Part shown: one piece after another, positions 39,601 through 52,603 of the stretch | Layout: the number at the start of each line of letters is the position of its first letter | Position numbering within the stretch: position 1 is the stretch's first letter | Source: Ascidiella aspersa | Lineage: Eukaryota | NCBI GenBank assembly: GCA_963924565.1 | Contig: OZ004614.1 | Span: 3,100,001 to 3,164,000, forward strand | DNA length: 64,000 nt | Direction: 5' to 3' | Made by a program: the position numbers and the translations under genes | Notes under the pieces: model-generated | What the model saw: only the letters and a program-made list of their open reading frames with translations | Told to the model about the DNA's origin: nothing | Databases searched by the model: none

Positions 39601-41200
39601 GTAAATGTATTGCGTGTTGATTTAGTCATCGCTGGACACCGTATGAACAATATCCACTTGTTGCATTTCACACATAGGATATCTGTTGCTTTCTCCTTAG
39701 TTGCTACAATAAACCTTATGCTGGAGGGTAATGGCTGGAGGTTTTAGTTAGACATTCCCGGTAAAATTGCTTGTTTATTCTTTAAAAATCGAAACACTTA
39801 ATAGTCCAGAATATAGCACACGCGTTTTACAAGCGTCCCGATGTACACGTTTTGTGAGTCTTGTGACATCTTAAACTGATTGCAAAGCACATCGATGCTT
39901 TTTTGTTCTCAAAACCGTGAACAATTTTACGCGATTTGGGGGTGGTTAGCCTATTTAAAGTAAGAGAATCAAGATAAATGTAAATTTCCAAGCCAAGCCT
40001 GTCACACTAAATGGTTGAACAACAGGAATGGCGGTAAAAGTCTTAGGAAGCAATAAACGACAAGACATCCACTCACAAAATCCTTCCTTTTAGAGTATAA
40101 CGATTTCCGTATCCGAACTGTAATCTCACGACATGGCTTGTAGGTTTAACTCAGCACATCTAGGTCAAAATCTGCCCAAGCAAGCCTGGGAACGGCAATA
40201 ACTTGTAATTTTGGCCGCTACAAATTGCCTTGCCACCATTAGGTCAGTTAATATCGCCAATTTGAAAGGTCAGGGCACTTTTTCAAACAGCTCTCGCGTT
40301 TTTTATGATTCCGCTACCGTTAACATGGCCTTCTAAAGCAGAGGTTCCCATTTTTACCCGTTTTTCGTAAGTTTGATGCTACAATTTGCTATTGTTGAGA
40401 AATAGACGAATGTTAGGTGGGAAAATCATCTTGTTATGCAAGAGTTTGTCTTTACAATCCAAAAATTTAAACATTGCATTTACCAATCTATGTTTTCACT
40501 GCGAATATTCAGTTAAGGCAAAAGTTAAAAAGCAAAAATACAAATATTACGTTTAAAAACAAATATTACGTAAACAGTATTCGTGATACCGAACTTCGAA
40601 CACTAATTTCAAAAAATTTTAATTATCATACCAAAGCAAAATTCGTCGTTGTGATACAAATGTTTCAAATATTCAACTTTGTGATAGAAAAATTGATTGT
40701 TTTGCTATTGAAAAAAATCGAATATTAGCTGCGAAAGTTTGTAATGTAATGCAAAAAGAGGTAAAAGGCTGCCTGACTGCTTTTTAAACGGGCCATTTGC
40801 AGCCGGTTGGTGTCGTATTCACAGCAACTGACCCGAATCGACAGCAATTTGCCATTTTCAGTGACGCGCGTGTCATCGGAAATTCGACGAAAAGGCGGCG
40901 CGTGTTTACAGTTTGATTCGCCGATATCAGATTTCACGTTTCAAGGGCCCAAGTCTCGCTCGTGCGCTTCTAGGTTGAGGTGAACTTTCCCTGTGGGAGA
41001 GAGTGGAACACAAAGTGCCCTGGCGTGTAGTAGAAACATCCGCCTCCTGCGAGATTCGAATGCGTTTTATTGTGGTACCAAGCAAATGCTTTCAACTGTT
41101 AACGCTGGAATTCCGACTACCTCGCTTTGCTGTGACGCTATTTTGGGGATGTTATAAGGCAGTATACTTACTTCAAAACCAGTATACTTAGAATCAGTGC

Positions 41201-41409
41201 ATTTAAAATGAATAAACAGATACTCAAAACGTTTAAAATGCTACCTACTTCTGTATGGGTTGTGATATTCTTACTACGTCTGAAAAAAGTTAGTTTCACA
41301 ACGCGGCGATCGGCATTTCGTTCTCAATATATTTAAAATGAATAAACAGATACTCAAAATGTTTAAAATGCTACCTACTTCTGTATTGGCTTTATTCTTA
41401 CTACGTTCT
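41201..41409 (-). mobile_element. Tandem pair of family F arms, 130 bp apart
   Basis: ATTTAAAATGAATAAACAGATACTCAAAA.GTTTAAAATGCTACCTACTTCTGTAT at 41201 and 41331. Confidence 0.85.
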
Positions 41410-41413
41410 AAGG

Positions 41414-41732
41414 CAGTGTTTCAAAACACGCGACCCCAAAAACTAAAGCATATACGTATAACAGCGAATCTTTGGCGATCGAAATTTCGTCACCCAACTT
41501 TTTGTAAGCCAACAAAACATTAGATATTGACATAGGCCTAAATAAGTTTGTTTTATTAGAGGAGAAGTGTCTTTGTATTGAATATTGCTTCCGAAATATT
41601 CTTAAATTTGGAGAAAATCTTTCTCAAAACCAATCTCAATAAATCTAACCATATGAACTACTGCAGTCGTTTTAATCCAGGTCAAACGGCCACCCAATTT
41701 TTTTGTCGAGACCCATGGGTTAAGGAACACTG
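41414..41732 (+). mobile_element. hAT-like MITE family H2, near-complete copy
   Basis: TIR CAGTGTTTC ... GGAACACTG. Flanks TTCTAAGG / TTTCAAGC (decayed 8-bp TSD). Interior matches 15050-15501. Confidence 0.7.
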
Positions 41733-44700
41733 TTTCAAGCCTCATATACGGTTCCTGAACAGATTCCTTTAAATTTCAGAACCCAACAGATTTCTGAGAG
41801 ATGTGAAAATCGATTTCTTTAGACGCGTTTCTATTATGACACCGTAAACCTTTGGGAATATAACCTACGTGCAAAAGCTACAAATCCATACCTCCGTGTC
41901 TCAATGTAGTTTTGCTTTTAACAGGACCTTTGAAAAGTCAATGGTACATTAAACGTTACAATAATAACAGTAATAAAAACAGCTCCTCTGGTAAATAAAA
42001 ATTATATATAATTACCGTTTATTGATTAATATTTTTCCTTCTAACAACAGTTTATATAAATATTAAAATACTTTATTCTCAATGTCTTGTTAAATAAATC
42101 TTTCCATGTAACATTACTTGCTAATTTTTTTAATGTTTTTACCCTTTATTGGTTTAAATATAATGTACATTATTTTACATGGCATGACACATATGAACAT
42201 ACTAAATTTCACCTCAAAAATAACGAATTTAGCGTCAAGAAATTAAAATGCCAGAAAAAAGTGATTCAAACTGACCCTCATATATAACACTGTTCCACTA
42301 ACAGCGCCAAAAATAGAATAAAAAAAATCAACTTTAAAGTTGCCCAAAAACAGCCAAGTGATTTCATTCAGTCGAAGCAAGGGCGCTGACAGGTCTACAA
42401 ACAATAAACTGTAGCCATTCCGCCACACACAGCAAGCTTCATCAGGCCTAGCATTTACAACAGGGGAGGGAGGGGAGAAGTGTTGACAGGTTGTGCACAT
42501 CGCAGTTCAAAAACACGTTACGACTCGCTTGTTTTTGCATTCGCTGTTCACACACGTCGTTTTAGGGAAAGCGTTAACAGATTCGGATTAAAACTGCGTT
42601 AAAACATGCTTTTTTTAACGAAAAGTTTTGAAATGTCGTTGATTCCTCGTTTAAGCGTTGAAGTCAACCTTGCCTGGCGCTAAACCACAACATAACATTC
42701 TGTAAAAGCTTCGCCCTAAAAGGCCTACAGCAGATAAAAGACGTAATTTTACGTCGGTCGGTAGGTGATTGAAAGCTCTGTCAAGGGTAAAATTATAAAA
42801 GAATCGACACCGCGGTCCGCTGGGAAAAATTTTATGACTACACTATCTTAAAGTCCATGTTTGAAAGCCTTTTTTATATCCCAAAATTTCTTCATGTTAA
42901 ATTAGGACTGATATTCAACACAATGTAGTTGTATAGGTTCTCGTCCGATACTAGGGTAGAATTGCTCCTGGACCAGTATATAACGTAATGTCGGAATTTC
43001 AACAATCCAAGTTTAACCCGGCAATTTATATTTTAAGAAATATTTTTGTAATGGTAGATGAATCATGACTCAATAAATTGAACGGGACTCTTTTTATTTT
43101 GTCTTTACTCAGAAATCAGGAATAAAGGGAATAATATCGTTTTGTGCATTTATTTAATTAAACAAAATATGGTCATCGGGACAAAATACAAGGATCGGAC
43201 ATTTAGATTGCACCTCAATGGACCATATTATCTTTAAACAACTGAACTTAAAATGTGTCTCGCGAGCTGAAATGTTTACCCATTCCTCTAAAAGCCCCCG
43301 TAGAAATGTGATACCCCTATTGCATGGTGGTCGATGGGCGGACTACCCCCAAATCGCCCCAAATCCTGACAAATAACTCGCTGTCATTTCGTCTTCGCTT
43401 TATGTACAAGAGCATTAAACCGACTACAAATAGGCTCTGTTCTGTTTGATTTGGCTTACGACAAACGACTGAGAAATATTTGAGTTGAAATTGATGGGCT
43501 GAGGTTTAACCCGAATTATTATAGGGTCACGTTTGTTCTTTTTTTGCTTGGATATCGAATTTTACCAAGGCGGCATAAAATACAAGGTTGCCACACAATT
43601 ATAAGAAAAAAATTAAAAAACATAGGGTTTTTCATGGACTTTTTAATGCGCTAATCATTTCAAAGACATTTAAAGATTTAAAGACTTTGTGGCTTCAAAT
43701 CTGTAAAATTTTAACTAGGATAATATAATTGGACATTGCTGTATTTGTCTAATTAAATAACTATTTTGTTGGTCATGTAATTTTATTACGACGACAAAGA
43801 GCCTCACTACGCCACAAAAAAGATTTAAGTTCACGTAAAGCGCAATTTGTACAACTTGAAAAACTGTAAAAAACTATGGGCATTGTAACTTAGTGATACC
43901 AAGGCGGCCAAATTGATTTTTTAACTGCTGTCAAACATTATTAATATTGAGTCACAAGTGTTGTTTGTCTAACTCAAAAGCAAGGCGATCTTTCAACATT
44001 ATTTTTAATTCAAAATGGGTGACTTTTAAAAAAGTTATATTGTTTTAGACTGACTAGCTGTTATTCACAGTTCTTACTTTGCCAAAAGAAAACAAAGTTT
44101 TGTAATATTGTTAATTTTGATACCACCGCAACCATGTTTCTAGCATACAATTTTTCAACTTTTTCTGTTATACGGTTTACCAAGTTCAATCTCTATACAT
44201 TGCCACATACTCGTGTCCAAAGTTGTAAAATTCTTGCGTATTGAAGTAGCGTAACGAATTCAACCAGAGTGTATTCGCGCCCTTTAACCCGAAAGCGTAA
44301 TTTCGAAAACAGTCAACATCAGTCTGTGTTCGGGCGCAAAGATGTTGCGTTACGCAAGTTAAAAACAAAAAGAAGATCGCGTGAATTCAAGGCAACGAAG
44401 CATATGTTCGACGTACAACTCCCAAAACAACCTTGTATAGTCGAATGTTTGGACACCGCATATATATACTTGTATGTTTGTGTACTGCTGGATACCGTTA
44501 ATAGTGCCAGTAGACCAATGCAGCTAGATTTTAACACACTAGTTATTATATTTAAAACACACTAGTTATTATACCGTAAAAGCAAGACTGTTTAAGGGTA
44601 TAGTGTTTAAGGTTGTTTATATGGTTAGGTTCCTAAACATTTTGGACTTTGAGAGATGGTTTGTCATCATTAGATAATTCTATTTTTTGACCGTTTGAAA

Positions 44701-46509
44701 ATGTATATTTCTAGGTTTTCGCGCTATTTAGGACTTTTTGGCAACAAAATTAGTATAATGAAGCGGATATGTAAACTATAACCAACAGGGGAAGATGCTT
44801 AAATTCATTGTTTTACATTAAGTTAAATGGTATTATAACCGCTGGATTAAACAAATACCGGTTTGTAACGCTTATAAGTCCTGTTTAACAAAGAAAAACT
44901 GGTTATTGTGCCATGTAGGCCATGTAGGCCATGTAAAACGTCCCAATAAGCCCTTTAGCCTAAAAACTACTGAAACGGTCGCAAGGGTGTTTTTTCACTT
45001 TGCCGAACTTCGAGAAACTGTGCCTTGACGCAAGGCGGGGGTATATTCGAATCTTACCCGTCCTTCGCCCCTTACGCTTCTGTTTGTTTCTTAGCTTGGC
45101 CGCTGAAAGAGTTCCGCTGGGGCCATTGTTACGACACAAAGGTCTCACGCGGCGCCGGCGAAATGTTCAATGCGCGCGCGTGTTTGAATATGTTTTGACA
45201 GAAAGGCGAAATCGCATAGGCGAAGCTTAAACTGCAAACACGCCCAATAATAGGCTTCCCAGCACCCTACCTTAATCCCATTGGGCACAGCCCTAGAGAT
45301 TGAGCCTACTAGGTGTTGTACAACAACGAACTAAAACAGCAAGGCTTGTATTGAGAATTGCCCGGTGTGTTATGGGTGTGTTTTTGTTGTGATGTGATGT
45401 AATTACCAGAAAGCAATAACCTGTCGCATGGGTTAGGGCAGAATATAGAGAATTCGCCTTTAGAGGTAAAAATAATAAAAGGAAAATGAAATTTTGAGCA
45501 AGCAAAATATAATCGGCGAAATAACTTTGTTTAATTTTTTGATCGCTTAAATGTCTTTTTTTTTGAGATTTTCATTAAGCTTTAAATGTTTTCCACTAAC
45601 ATCTGAGTTTAGAATCAAGAATTGGCTTTTTTTTTAAAAGTAGGAAATGTGAAACTTAAATTAAACAATAGAAAAATCAAAGTTAACATAAACTTTTTTT
45701 TTTGTAAAACAAACCCACCTAAGGTTTTAGAAAGCAGAATTGTTTTTTTCGTAAATAAAGAGTTGAATCGAAAGACGAAGGCGCCAAAAAGTAGATATTA
45801 GACAGAATTATTTTATTGAACTAACGATTCTAGTTAATAATAATTAATTTGCCTATTTCAAGTAAATAATGTGAAAGTAAATTTTTGTAAGTAAAATGTA
45901 CAAGTACAAATGAATGTCACAGCAAAGAAAGGATTTCGCCTAGATTTGTTTATTTGAATTTGTTTTTAGTTCAGCTAGGAGGGATTTGGCAATTGGCGGT
46001 CCGTGCAAAGATAATAGCAAGGCAAAAGCTCGGTCTATAGAGTTCAAGACAAACGTTGAATGACAAAAAGTTTGCGGCCGTATAACACAATACACAACGG
46101 TTCAAGCGCTGTCTGGTCAAAAGAAAAAACGACAAAGGGGCAATGTTTTGATGCGCCAGAAATATCGTAGGGCTTTTCTCTTTCAGTTGTTTTTTTTCTC
46201 TTTCAATCGTTTATTATTCGAAGATCTTCGGCCTTATTTTATTACACCCTAGATTTGGAGACTCTAGTAATTTTTAAATATTTAGTAATCAGCGCCATCC
46301 TGTTTTTTTGCGATCTCTATTTAAGCTAAAGTTTATTTGTTTTGTTTAACAGAATTTTACGCAAACTGCAGCAAAGCTTATTAGAAATATATTTGAAGGA
46401 TAGGAAATGTATTTTTAACCAGGCAATTTAATTAAAAATGGTTTGTAACATCAGGATAAAAATCGATTTTTTTTGTTAAAATATTAAGTAGAAAACAACG
46501 ATTAGTAAG

Positions 46510-46755
46510 AATTGCGTTCCACCTTTGGTAAGAAAGGTTTGAATTGATTTCACACACATTAACTGATGATACAAAATAAGTTCGTTACGCACTTGTATCA
46601 TCATCAGTTAATGCGACCGAAATACATTCAAACCTCACTAAAAAGGTTGAATGCAATTGTGTGTTATTATGTGAGGCGTGAATAGCTTCCTGTCACATTA
46701 ACTGAAGATAAATACAATTTCGTATCAAAACGTCTTTATCAAAAAGCTGTAGATC
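46510..46755. ncRNA. Cluster of three decayed family A hammerhead motifs, two forming a ~65-bp inverted repeat
   Basis: Plus CATTAACTGATGATACAA (46557-46574, truncated). Minus CATTAA-CTGATGA-T-GATAC-AAGTGC-GTAAC-GAA (46613-46581). Plus CACATTAA-CTGAAGA-TAAATAC-AATTTC-GTATC-AAAA-CGTC-TTTATCAAAAAGCTGTAGA (46694-46753). IR arms 46510-46574 / 46593-46658. Confidence 0.75.
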
Positions 46756-47600
46756 TATTTTTCTCTGACATTCACTTTTAAGCTACATTACAGACCTGTG
46801 CATAATGTACCTAAATAATGCCTAGTTTTGACAAATGCAAATACGCGAGACGTGCTTTGTAGGTAATTACCCTGAACGGGGTAATTTTGCGTGATTAAAG
46901 GGTGATTTAGACATTTTTTTTTCTGTTTGGTTTTCTGTAACATTAGCCAACCTATTTTCATGGTGGGGATATTTAAATTTAGTTTGTTTTTTTTTTTAAA
47001 AAAAGGGGTAATAAAACTAAGTTTTTTTAGGAAGGAAAATATTAAGCAGTTTGAGAAATACGATTGGTGTGAGAACAAAAAAACTTAAAAAATGAAATAT
47101 TTTTACAATAGTTTTTGGGAGGTTAGCTAAAAAGATAAAAAAGGTTAACTGAAAAGTCAAAAAGGTGATGTTGGTTAAATTTTTAAAAAGAAGTTTACTA
47201 AAACGTCAAAAAGACTTTTTTTTTCTGTAAAAAAATAAATTAAATCGAAAACATTTCGCGAGCATGCTTATCAATTAAACTTATCAAACGCTAGTGAGTC
47301 GACAGCAATAAAGAAGGGCTAAATACAACGATCAATGCACTATTCTAACCCAGGAAAGTTACAGAGCAGAGCAAGCCACAGAACACCGGAGAATCGTCAC
47401 GTCGCTAAAAGTGCACTGACTCAGGTGCCCGGTTCCGCTGCGCGTGTGTGCCTCAGCTTATGCGCGCGTGTTCTCGTGCGTGCGTGTGCGTGTGCAGGTC
47501 ATTTCCTCCTGTTGCAAAAGTGCCTTGGAAGAGGTGCGAAGTTGTGCAGATAGCTGTGGGAGGTTCTGGGTTATGTGAGAACGTTTTCAAAAGCTTAGAT

Positions 47601-47696
47601 CAGTGTTTCTCAGCCATTCGATTCGACCCAAAAATAAGATCGTCGTTTGATTTGGTTGGGTCGCCTTCTGCTGTAGTTTTATATGGTTAGATTTAT
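47601..47696 (-). mobile_element. hAT-like MITE family H2, terminal fragment
   Basis: CAGTGTTTCTCAGCCA..TTTGATTTGGTTGGGTCGCC..TAGTTTTATATGGTTAGATTTAT is the reverse complement of the H2 3' end. Confidence 0.7.
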
Positions 47697-49370
47697 GGAA
47701 GTGGCTTTTTAACCGGATCGGTCTTTTACGCTTGCACCCATTCGTGATTATGCAATGGTTAAGCTTCGCATTTGGGTGGTGGTAGTATACAGTGTTTTTT
47801 TAAGTTGATTCGGGGGACTGTTTTTGGGGGACCGAAAATGTCTCCAGCGGTTTCCCAAATTTTGGACTTGCAACTTTTTGGTCTTTAAATGAAACACTTG
47901 CGGTCTCTTAAAACTACTTAGTGGTCAAAACTGGTATACAATACCACGATTCTTGCATAATTTTAATGTTTTATCCCGAAATGGAACAAAATTACTTTGT
48001 TAGCCGGTTAAATAGCCTCAGGAAGTGACTATTGGCTATTTGCCCGGATCGCTCTTTTACGCTTGCACCTGTTAGTGGTTATATAGCGATTTCAACTACT
48101 TTGCTGTCTGGGTGAATAGCCTTTTTCTAAATTTAATGGATTGGTACTTAAAGGTAAAAAGTCAGAAATGGTTAAAAAGAGTCTTTGACAAGTAAAGCTA
48201 TTCGGCCATGTATGTTATACTAAGGATAAAAAACGACATTTAAAACAATATCAAAGCCTTGAATATTTAAAGCGGTTTTGTAATTTCTACTTCAAAATGC
48301 ATCGTTAAAACACAGCATCTGGCCTCTTTCGAAGTGGCCATGTCAAAAAGCCTATATACTCCCGTCTGGGATTTTCCACCAAGCAAAATGCTGTAGCTGT
48401 ATGAAAGCTGTAAGTCTATCTCAACACACAAGAAAAGGGGCATTTTAGATTGAGATTTGACCAATGTTGAGATACGAAGCAATATTTCCTTCAAAGCCTG
48501 TATTTTTTTACGGCGTGAATGAGGAAACTGCGACAGATTTGTGGGTGGGAGTGTGGCTTCAATATGAGCGCCTGAACCCCGGTGGCTCAGGTTGAATAAA
48601 CCCGAATACAGCATCTTACGATAATAATACATTGGCACAAGGTTGTATTAAGATAACGGTCGTTGAGTGCCAATAAAATACCCGGTTTATTTTTCATATA
48701 GCAGCCAAGCTTTCTTTTGCATTTTGATGATCGGTTATTTGGTTTAAATAGGCTTTCTATTTAACTGTGGTCAACAACAATAGCTTGACTTTTAACAAGT
48801 TCAAATATTACAAAAAATATAGCAGGGAAAATGGATGAACTCAGCATTAATTAAAGTAATTCGTCCTGCGGATTTTATTCGAATGTGATAAAATTGCGAC
48901 ATACGAACTGGTTGTTTTTCGCACGAATACTTATTGTAAAGTCTTAAATAGAAGCTTGTTGAAACTGGAATTATATTGCGACGCAAAAAAGGCAAATACA
49001 GGATCGAAACATAACGCTTTGTAGTTTTCGAGCTTAATAATTGAATAACCCCCTAAAATGCCATGTGCCAAATTCTGTTCCAATAAAAACAAAATCATTT
49101 GTACACGCACACAACCCGAAAGCATCATCTTAACATCTTGACGACTCTTGTTTGTGTTTTAGTCCCATTAAGATGCCAAATCTCTATAGAGTGTTCGCTT
49201 CCTTTAGCAGACTGAAAAGAGAGGAAACGGCTCATTGCTGGTTTGCTCTAAAGTGAATAACAGCAGGTTGGCGCCCGTTTATCGATGTATTGCTTCCCCC
49301 ACACGCGCTTCTTAACTATACAGCGAATAAACAAGCCTGTTTATATCACTTTCGTGATGTGACTTGTGAC

Positions 49371-49478
49371 TAGGGATGTCCCATATTATCTAATCGGAGT
49401 CGATACCCGATGCCAAGTTGTAGTATCGCTACTAGTCCGATACTAGGGTGATATCAGTGTCGATTCGATAGCAAAATT
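49371..49478 (+). mobile_element. hAT-Ac-like terminal fragment (TAGGGATG terminus, CCGATAC/TATCG repeats)
   Basis: Starts TAGGGATGTCC. Colinear with 56968-57075 (TAGGGAAGTCCGATA..). Smaller pieces at ~17370-17410 and ~42936-42990. Confidence 0.65.
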
Positions 49479-49560
49479 ATTTTATGCCATTTCGAGTCAT
49501 ATTTTGCGGACCAATATAGAGTTTTTTTTTGTTTTTTTTGCAGTTGTAGTTTTGCGTTTT

Positions 49561-49700
49561 TTGGACAGTTTTGCGTTTTCTTTGGATGTTTTTGCGCATG
49601 TTAAAGTGTTTTCGCGTTTGTTCGGATGTTGGCGCACAGGTTCGGATATTTTCGCGGATGTTCGGCTGTTTTCGCACACGTTCGGATGTTTTCGCGTTTA
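49561..49700. repeat. 20-bp minisatellite, 7 diverged units
   Basis: Consensus TTCGGATGTTTTCGCGNNNG at exact 20-bp period. Explains the stack of spurious ORFs at 49477-49973. Confidence 0.9.
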
Positions 49701-50035
49701 CTCCTGCGATGTGATGAAAAGCGAAACGACGCACGAATTCCACAAAACTCCCAGCGTTTGAAGGTTTCTTGTCTCACTGACACATGGCATCAACGCACTT
49801 GCAATAACGAACCTGACTTAACAGCGTGTCTTATAAAAATATCTAATAAAAAATCCTTTTTAATAAAAAAAAAAAGAAAATGTATGAACAACAATTTTGT
49901 GCACGTTTTACAAAATAAATACAACAGTTGCTTTACACTAATTTTACAAGAGTTTTTTTTCAATATTGAGTAGTTTATTATGAGTTTCCCATTCGTATTT
50001 AGCTACAGTTGATAACTAAAAACCTGGAATTCGTC

Positions 50036-50326
50036 CTCGGGTTCTTTAATTGGGGTCCGTTGACCCCTTGGGTACAGGAGCTAGTTTTAGGAGGTCCATG
50101 AAAGCCTTTTTGAAGTGTTAGTGTGTAAGCCTAATTGAAATCTTGGAGAAAATTGTAATGAATTTAGAACTAACTTCAGTTTCACATTTGTTGGACCGAA
50201 AGCAGCAGGTTTCTTAAGTCTGCCTGTTGACGACAATTTATGACGTCATCACACAAATGTCCATTGCGACTTTGGTCCACGCTTACAAAACAATTGTCCG
50301 CCTTATAAAAAATTTAAGAAACACTG
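50036..50326 (+). mobile_element. hAT-like MITE family H1, second copy
   Basis: GGGTTCTTTAATTGGGGTCC..CTAGTTTTAGG..TTCACATTT..TTGGACCGAAA.CAGCAG.TTTCT.AAGTCT..TATGACGTCA..GGTCCAC..TTTAAGAAACACTG. Colinear with 13390-13710. Confidence 0.75.
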
Positions 50327-50349
50327 AAGTAGACAAAGCCTCGTTTACT

Positions 50350-50570
50350 TTAAGTTCAGTGGCAAAACGCTCGCCTAATTGCGCGTTATAAGGGTTCAAC
50401 CTTCAGACAGACAAGGCGTCTATCTTTCCTTGTAGAAGGCGAACTCTCGCTGCGAAAATATTTCAAGTCTAATCCCTGCGAGCAATTTGGGCGAACCGCA
50501 GCTTAAGTGAAGTGAGCCTCTGCACAGAAAACAACCCCCAACAGTCGTTGGCCCACGCAACGAGAAAACA
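50350..50570 (+). mobile_element. Possible decayed tRNA-derived SINE
   Basis: A-box-like TAAGTTCAGTGG (50351) and B-box-like GGGTTCAACC (50392) at tRNA-like spacing, followed by a CCTTG..AAGGC segment reminiscent of SINE cores. Single copy in the window, no cloverleaf. Confidence 0.3.
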
Positions 50571-51529
50571 GCCAGCGCCTGTAGTGAGATTAATACAAGG
50601 AAGTAGATGCAGCAATACAGACGAGGAAAATCTCTCTCCGGTAGGGAGATTTTTTAGCTAAGGAAAGGAGTTAACTGGTAGAAAGGGTATTTTGTAGCCC
50701 GGGAGCAATTGGATTTTTCTATGTAAATTCTGACATTTTTTACATAAATGTTTATGTTTTGATGTAAATACATTTATGTTAAAGGTTTTCATGCAATGTT
50801 CTTTGGGTAATATTGGTCATCGCTGTAATAGGCAGCCTGTAGATAAAATGTCAACCTTAAACATTTGCTCAGAGCTGAGGGTGAAGTATGCTCACTTTAA
50901 TTTATTTCACTTGATTTGTTAGGTGTTGTTCTTTAACGACATTTGCCTTTTTTCGCAGCGTGTACAATCTATAAAATATGTATTTTAAAAATGTGATCGC
51001 GCTTCTTAAACCGGCTTAGTTGTGAAGTTTACACTCATCAGGTATATATTAAAAAGCATTGGATCACAGATTTCCGTGTTGCGTTAATGAAAACAACAGA
51101 GATACACTTGTTTAGTTCATAAGTGCGCAACTTTTTTATTGTGATGTTTTATTGTTTTCGCAGCTTGAAGATTCAATAAAGAATGCGTGAAAACTGAAAA
51201 TCGTTTTCAAAATACTTAAGTGTGATTTACACATTGAGTATATACACGACATATTACAAGATAACCGATTGTCTTGATTTTACAAAATCATTGTGTGCAA
51301 AAAAAGAGATAAGAAACGTTCAAAATGCTACCAGTATGGGTTTTAATATTCTTACTACATCTTACCACAACCTCCGACCGTTTTGCTTAAAAGTTTTTTG
51401 TCAGCCACTATGGAGAAAAGAGATGTTGAAAATGAATAAAGAGTATTTCAAAACGTTCAAAATGCTACCTATACTTCAGTATGGCCTTTGATATTCTTCA
51501 TAAGTCTAAATTAATTTTCTCTTTGCAGA

Positions 51530-52603
51530 ATGACAGCCGACGAAGTAGCATCAGAAGTGGGCGTCCCCGTCGAGGGAGCGGAACCGCAGGCCAACCAGGG
51601 ACAGCAGGCCGAGACCCCCCTGGTCACCACCCCGGCCCTCCTAGCCCTGATGAACCGCACCGGGTACGCGATCACCCAGGAAAACGGACAGCGCAAATAC
51701 GGGGGTCCCCCTCCTGGCTGGGACAATAAGCCGGCGCCGAGGGGCACCGAGATCTTCGTGGGGAAAATCCCCAGGGACGTTTTCGAGGACGAGTTGGTTC
51801 CGGTATTCGAGACGGCCGGACGAATCTACGAACTGAGACTCATGATGGACTTTGATGGTAAAAACCGCGGCTATGCGTTTGTAATGTTCACGACCAAAGC
51901 TGAAGCGAAGGGAGCCGTTAAGAAGCTGAACAACTATGAGATTCGCAAGGGAAGGCTGCTAGGAGTTTGCTACAGCGTCGACAACTGCCGCCTTTTCGTC
52001 GGTGGCATCCCAAAGTCAAAGAAGAAGGAGGACATTTTCGCCGAGATGACGAAAGTCACAGAGGGGGTGGTCGACGTCATCGTGTACCCTAGCGCTTCGG
52101 ATAAATCAAAGAACAGGGGGTTCGCGTTCGTGGAGTACGACAGCCATCGAGCCGCTGCCATGGCAAGGAGGAAGCTCATCCCTGGTAGAATCCAGCTCTG
52201 GGGTCATCCCATCGCCGTGGACTGGGCGGAGCCGGAGCAGGAGGTGGATCAGGACATCATGGACCAGGTCAAGGTGCTCTACGTGCGCAACTTGATGCTG
52301 GACACGACGGAAGATCGCCTTCAGGAGGTCTTCAGTCAGTTTGCTCCGGGATGCGTTGAAAGAGTTAAGAAGATAAGAGACTACGCCTTTGTGCATTTCT
52401 CCTCGCGTGAAAAATGCATCGAGGCCATGAGCAAGATAAACGGAACCAGGATTGATGACGCAGAGGTCGAAGTGACCCTGGCTAAGCCGGTCGACAAGAC
52501 CGACTGGAACCGGATGGCCAAGGTCGGAGCCAAGGTGCTTTCCCAGACCGGAGCCGAGGCACAAAGCCCAACGGCCGTTGCCGCTGCCGCTGCTGCTGCT
52601 GCG
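51530..52603 (+). CDS. RBM47: RBM47/A1CF/RBM46-family RNA-binding protein, first coding exon (three RRMs)
   Basis: Acceptor CTTTGCAG| at 51528, ATG at 51530. Contains ALLALM.RTGY...[123 protein letters not shown]; by recollection closest to RBM47. Donor GCG|GTAAGT at 52603/52604, phase 0. Confidence 0.95.

Noticed and set aside
42410-42450. Minus-strand CTGATGAAGC...GCGGAA resembling family B
   Set aside because: Stem II and GAAA are not intact and the downstream flank does not match family B.
11142-48995. Numerous 60-141 aa ORFs in the intergenic region (e.g. 11412, 18158, 25329, 31554, 48267)
   Set aside because: Composition reflects AT-rich non-coding DNA, many start at non-ATG codons, and none has a recognisable motif or consistent splice chain.
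49477-49973. Stack of overlapping ORFs and a CRISPR-like periodic pattern
   Set aside because: It is a 20-bp minisatellite with no unique spacers of CRISPR length and no cas genes, in a eukaryotic context. The ORFs are artefacts of the repeat.
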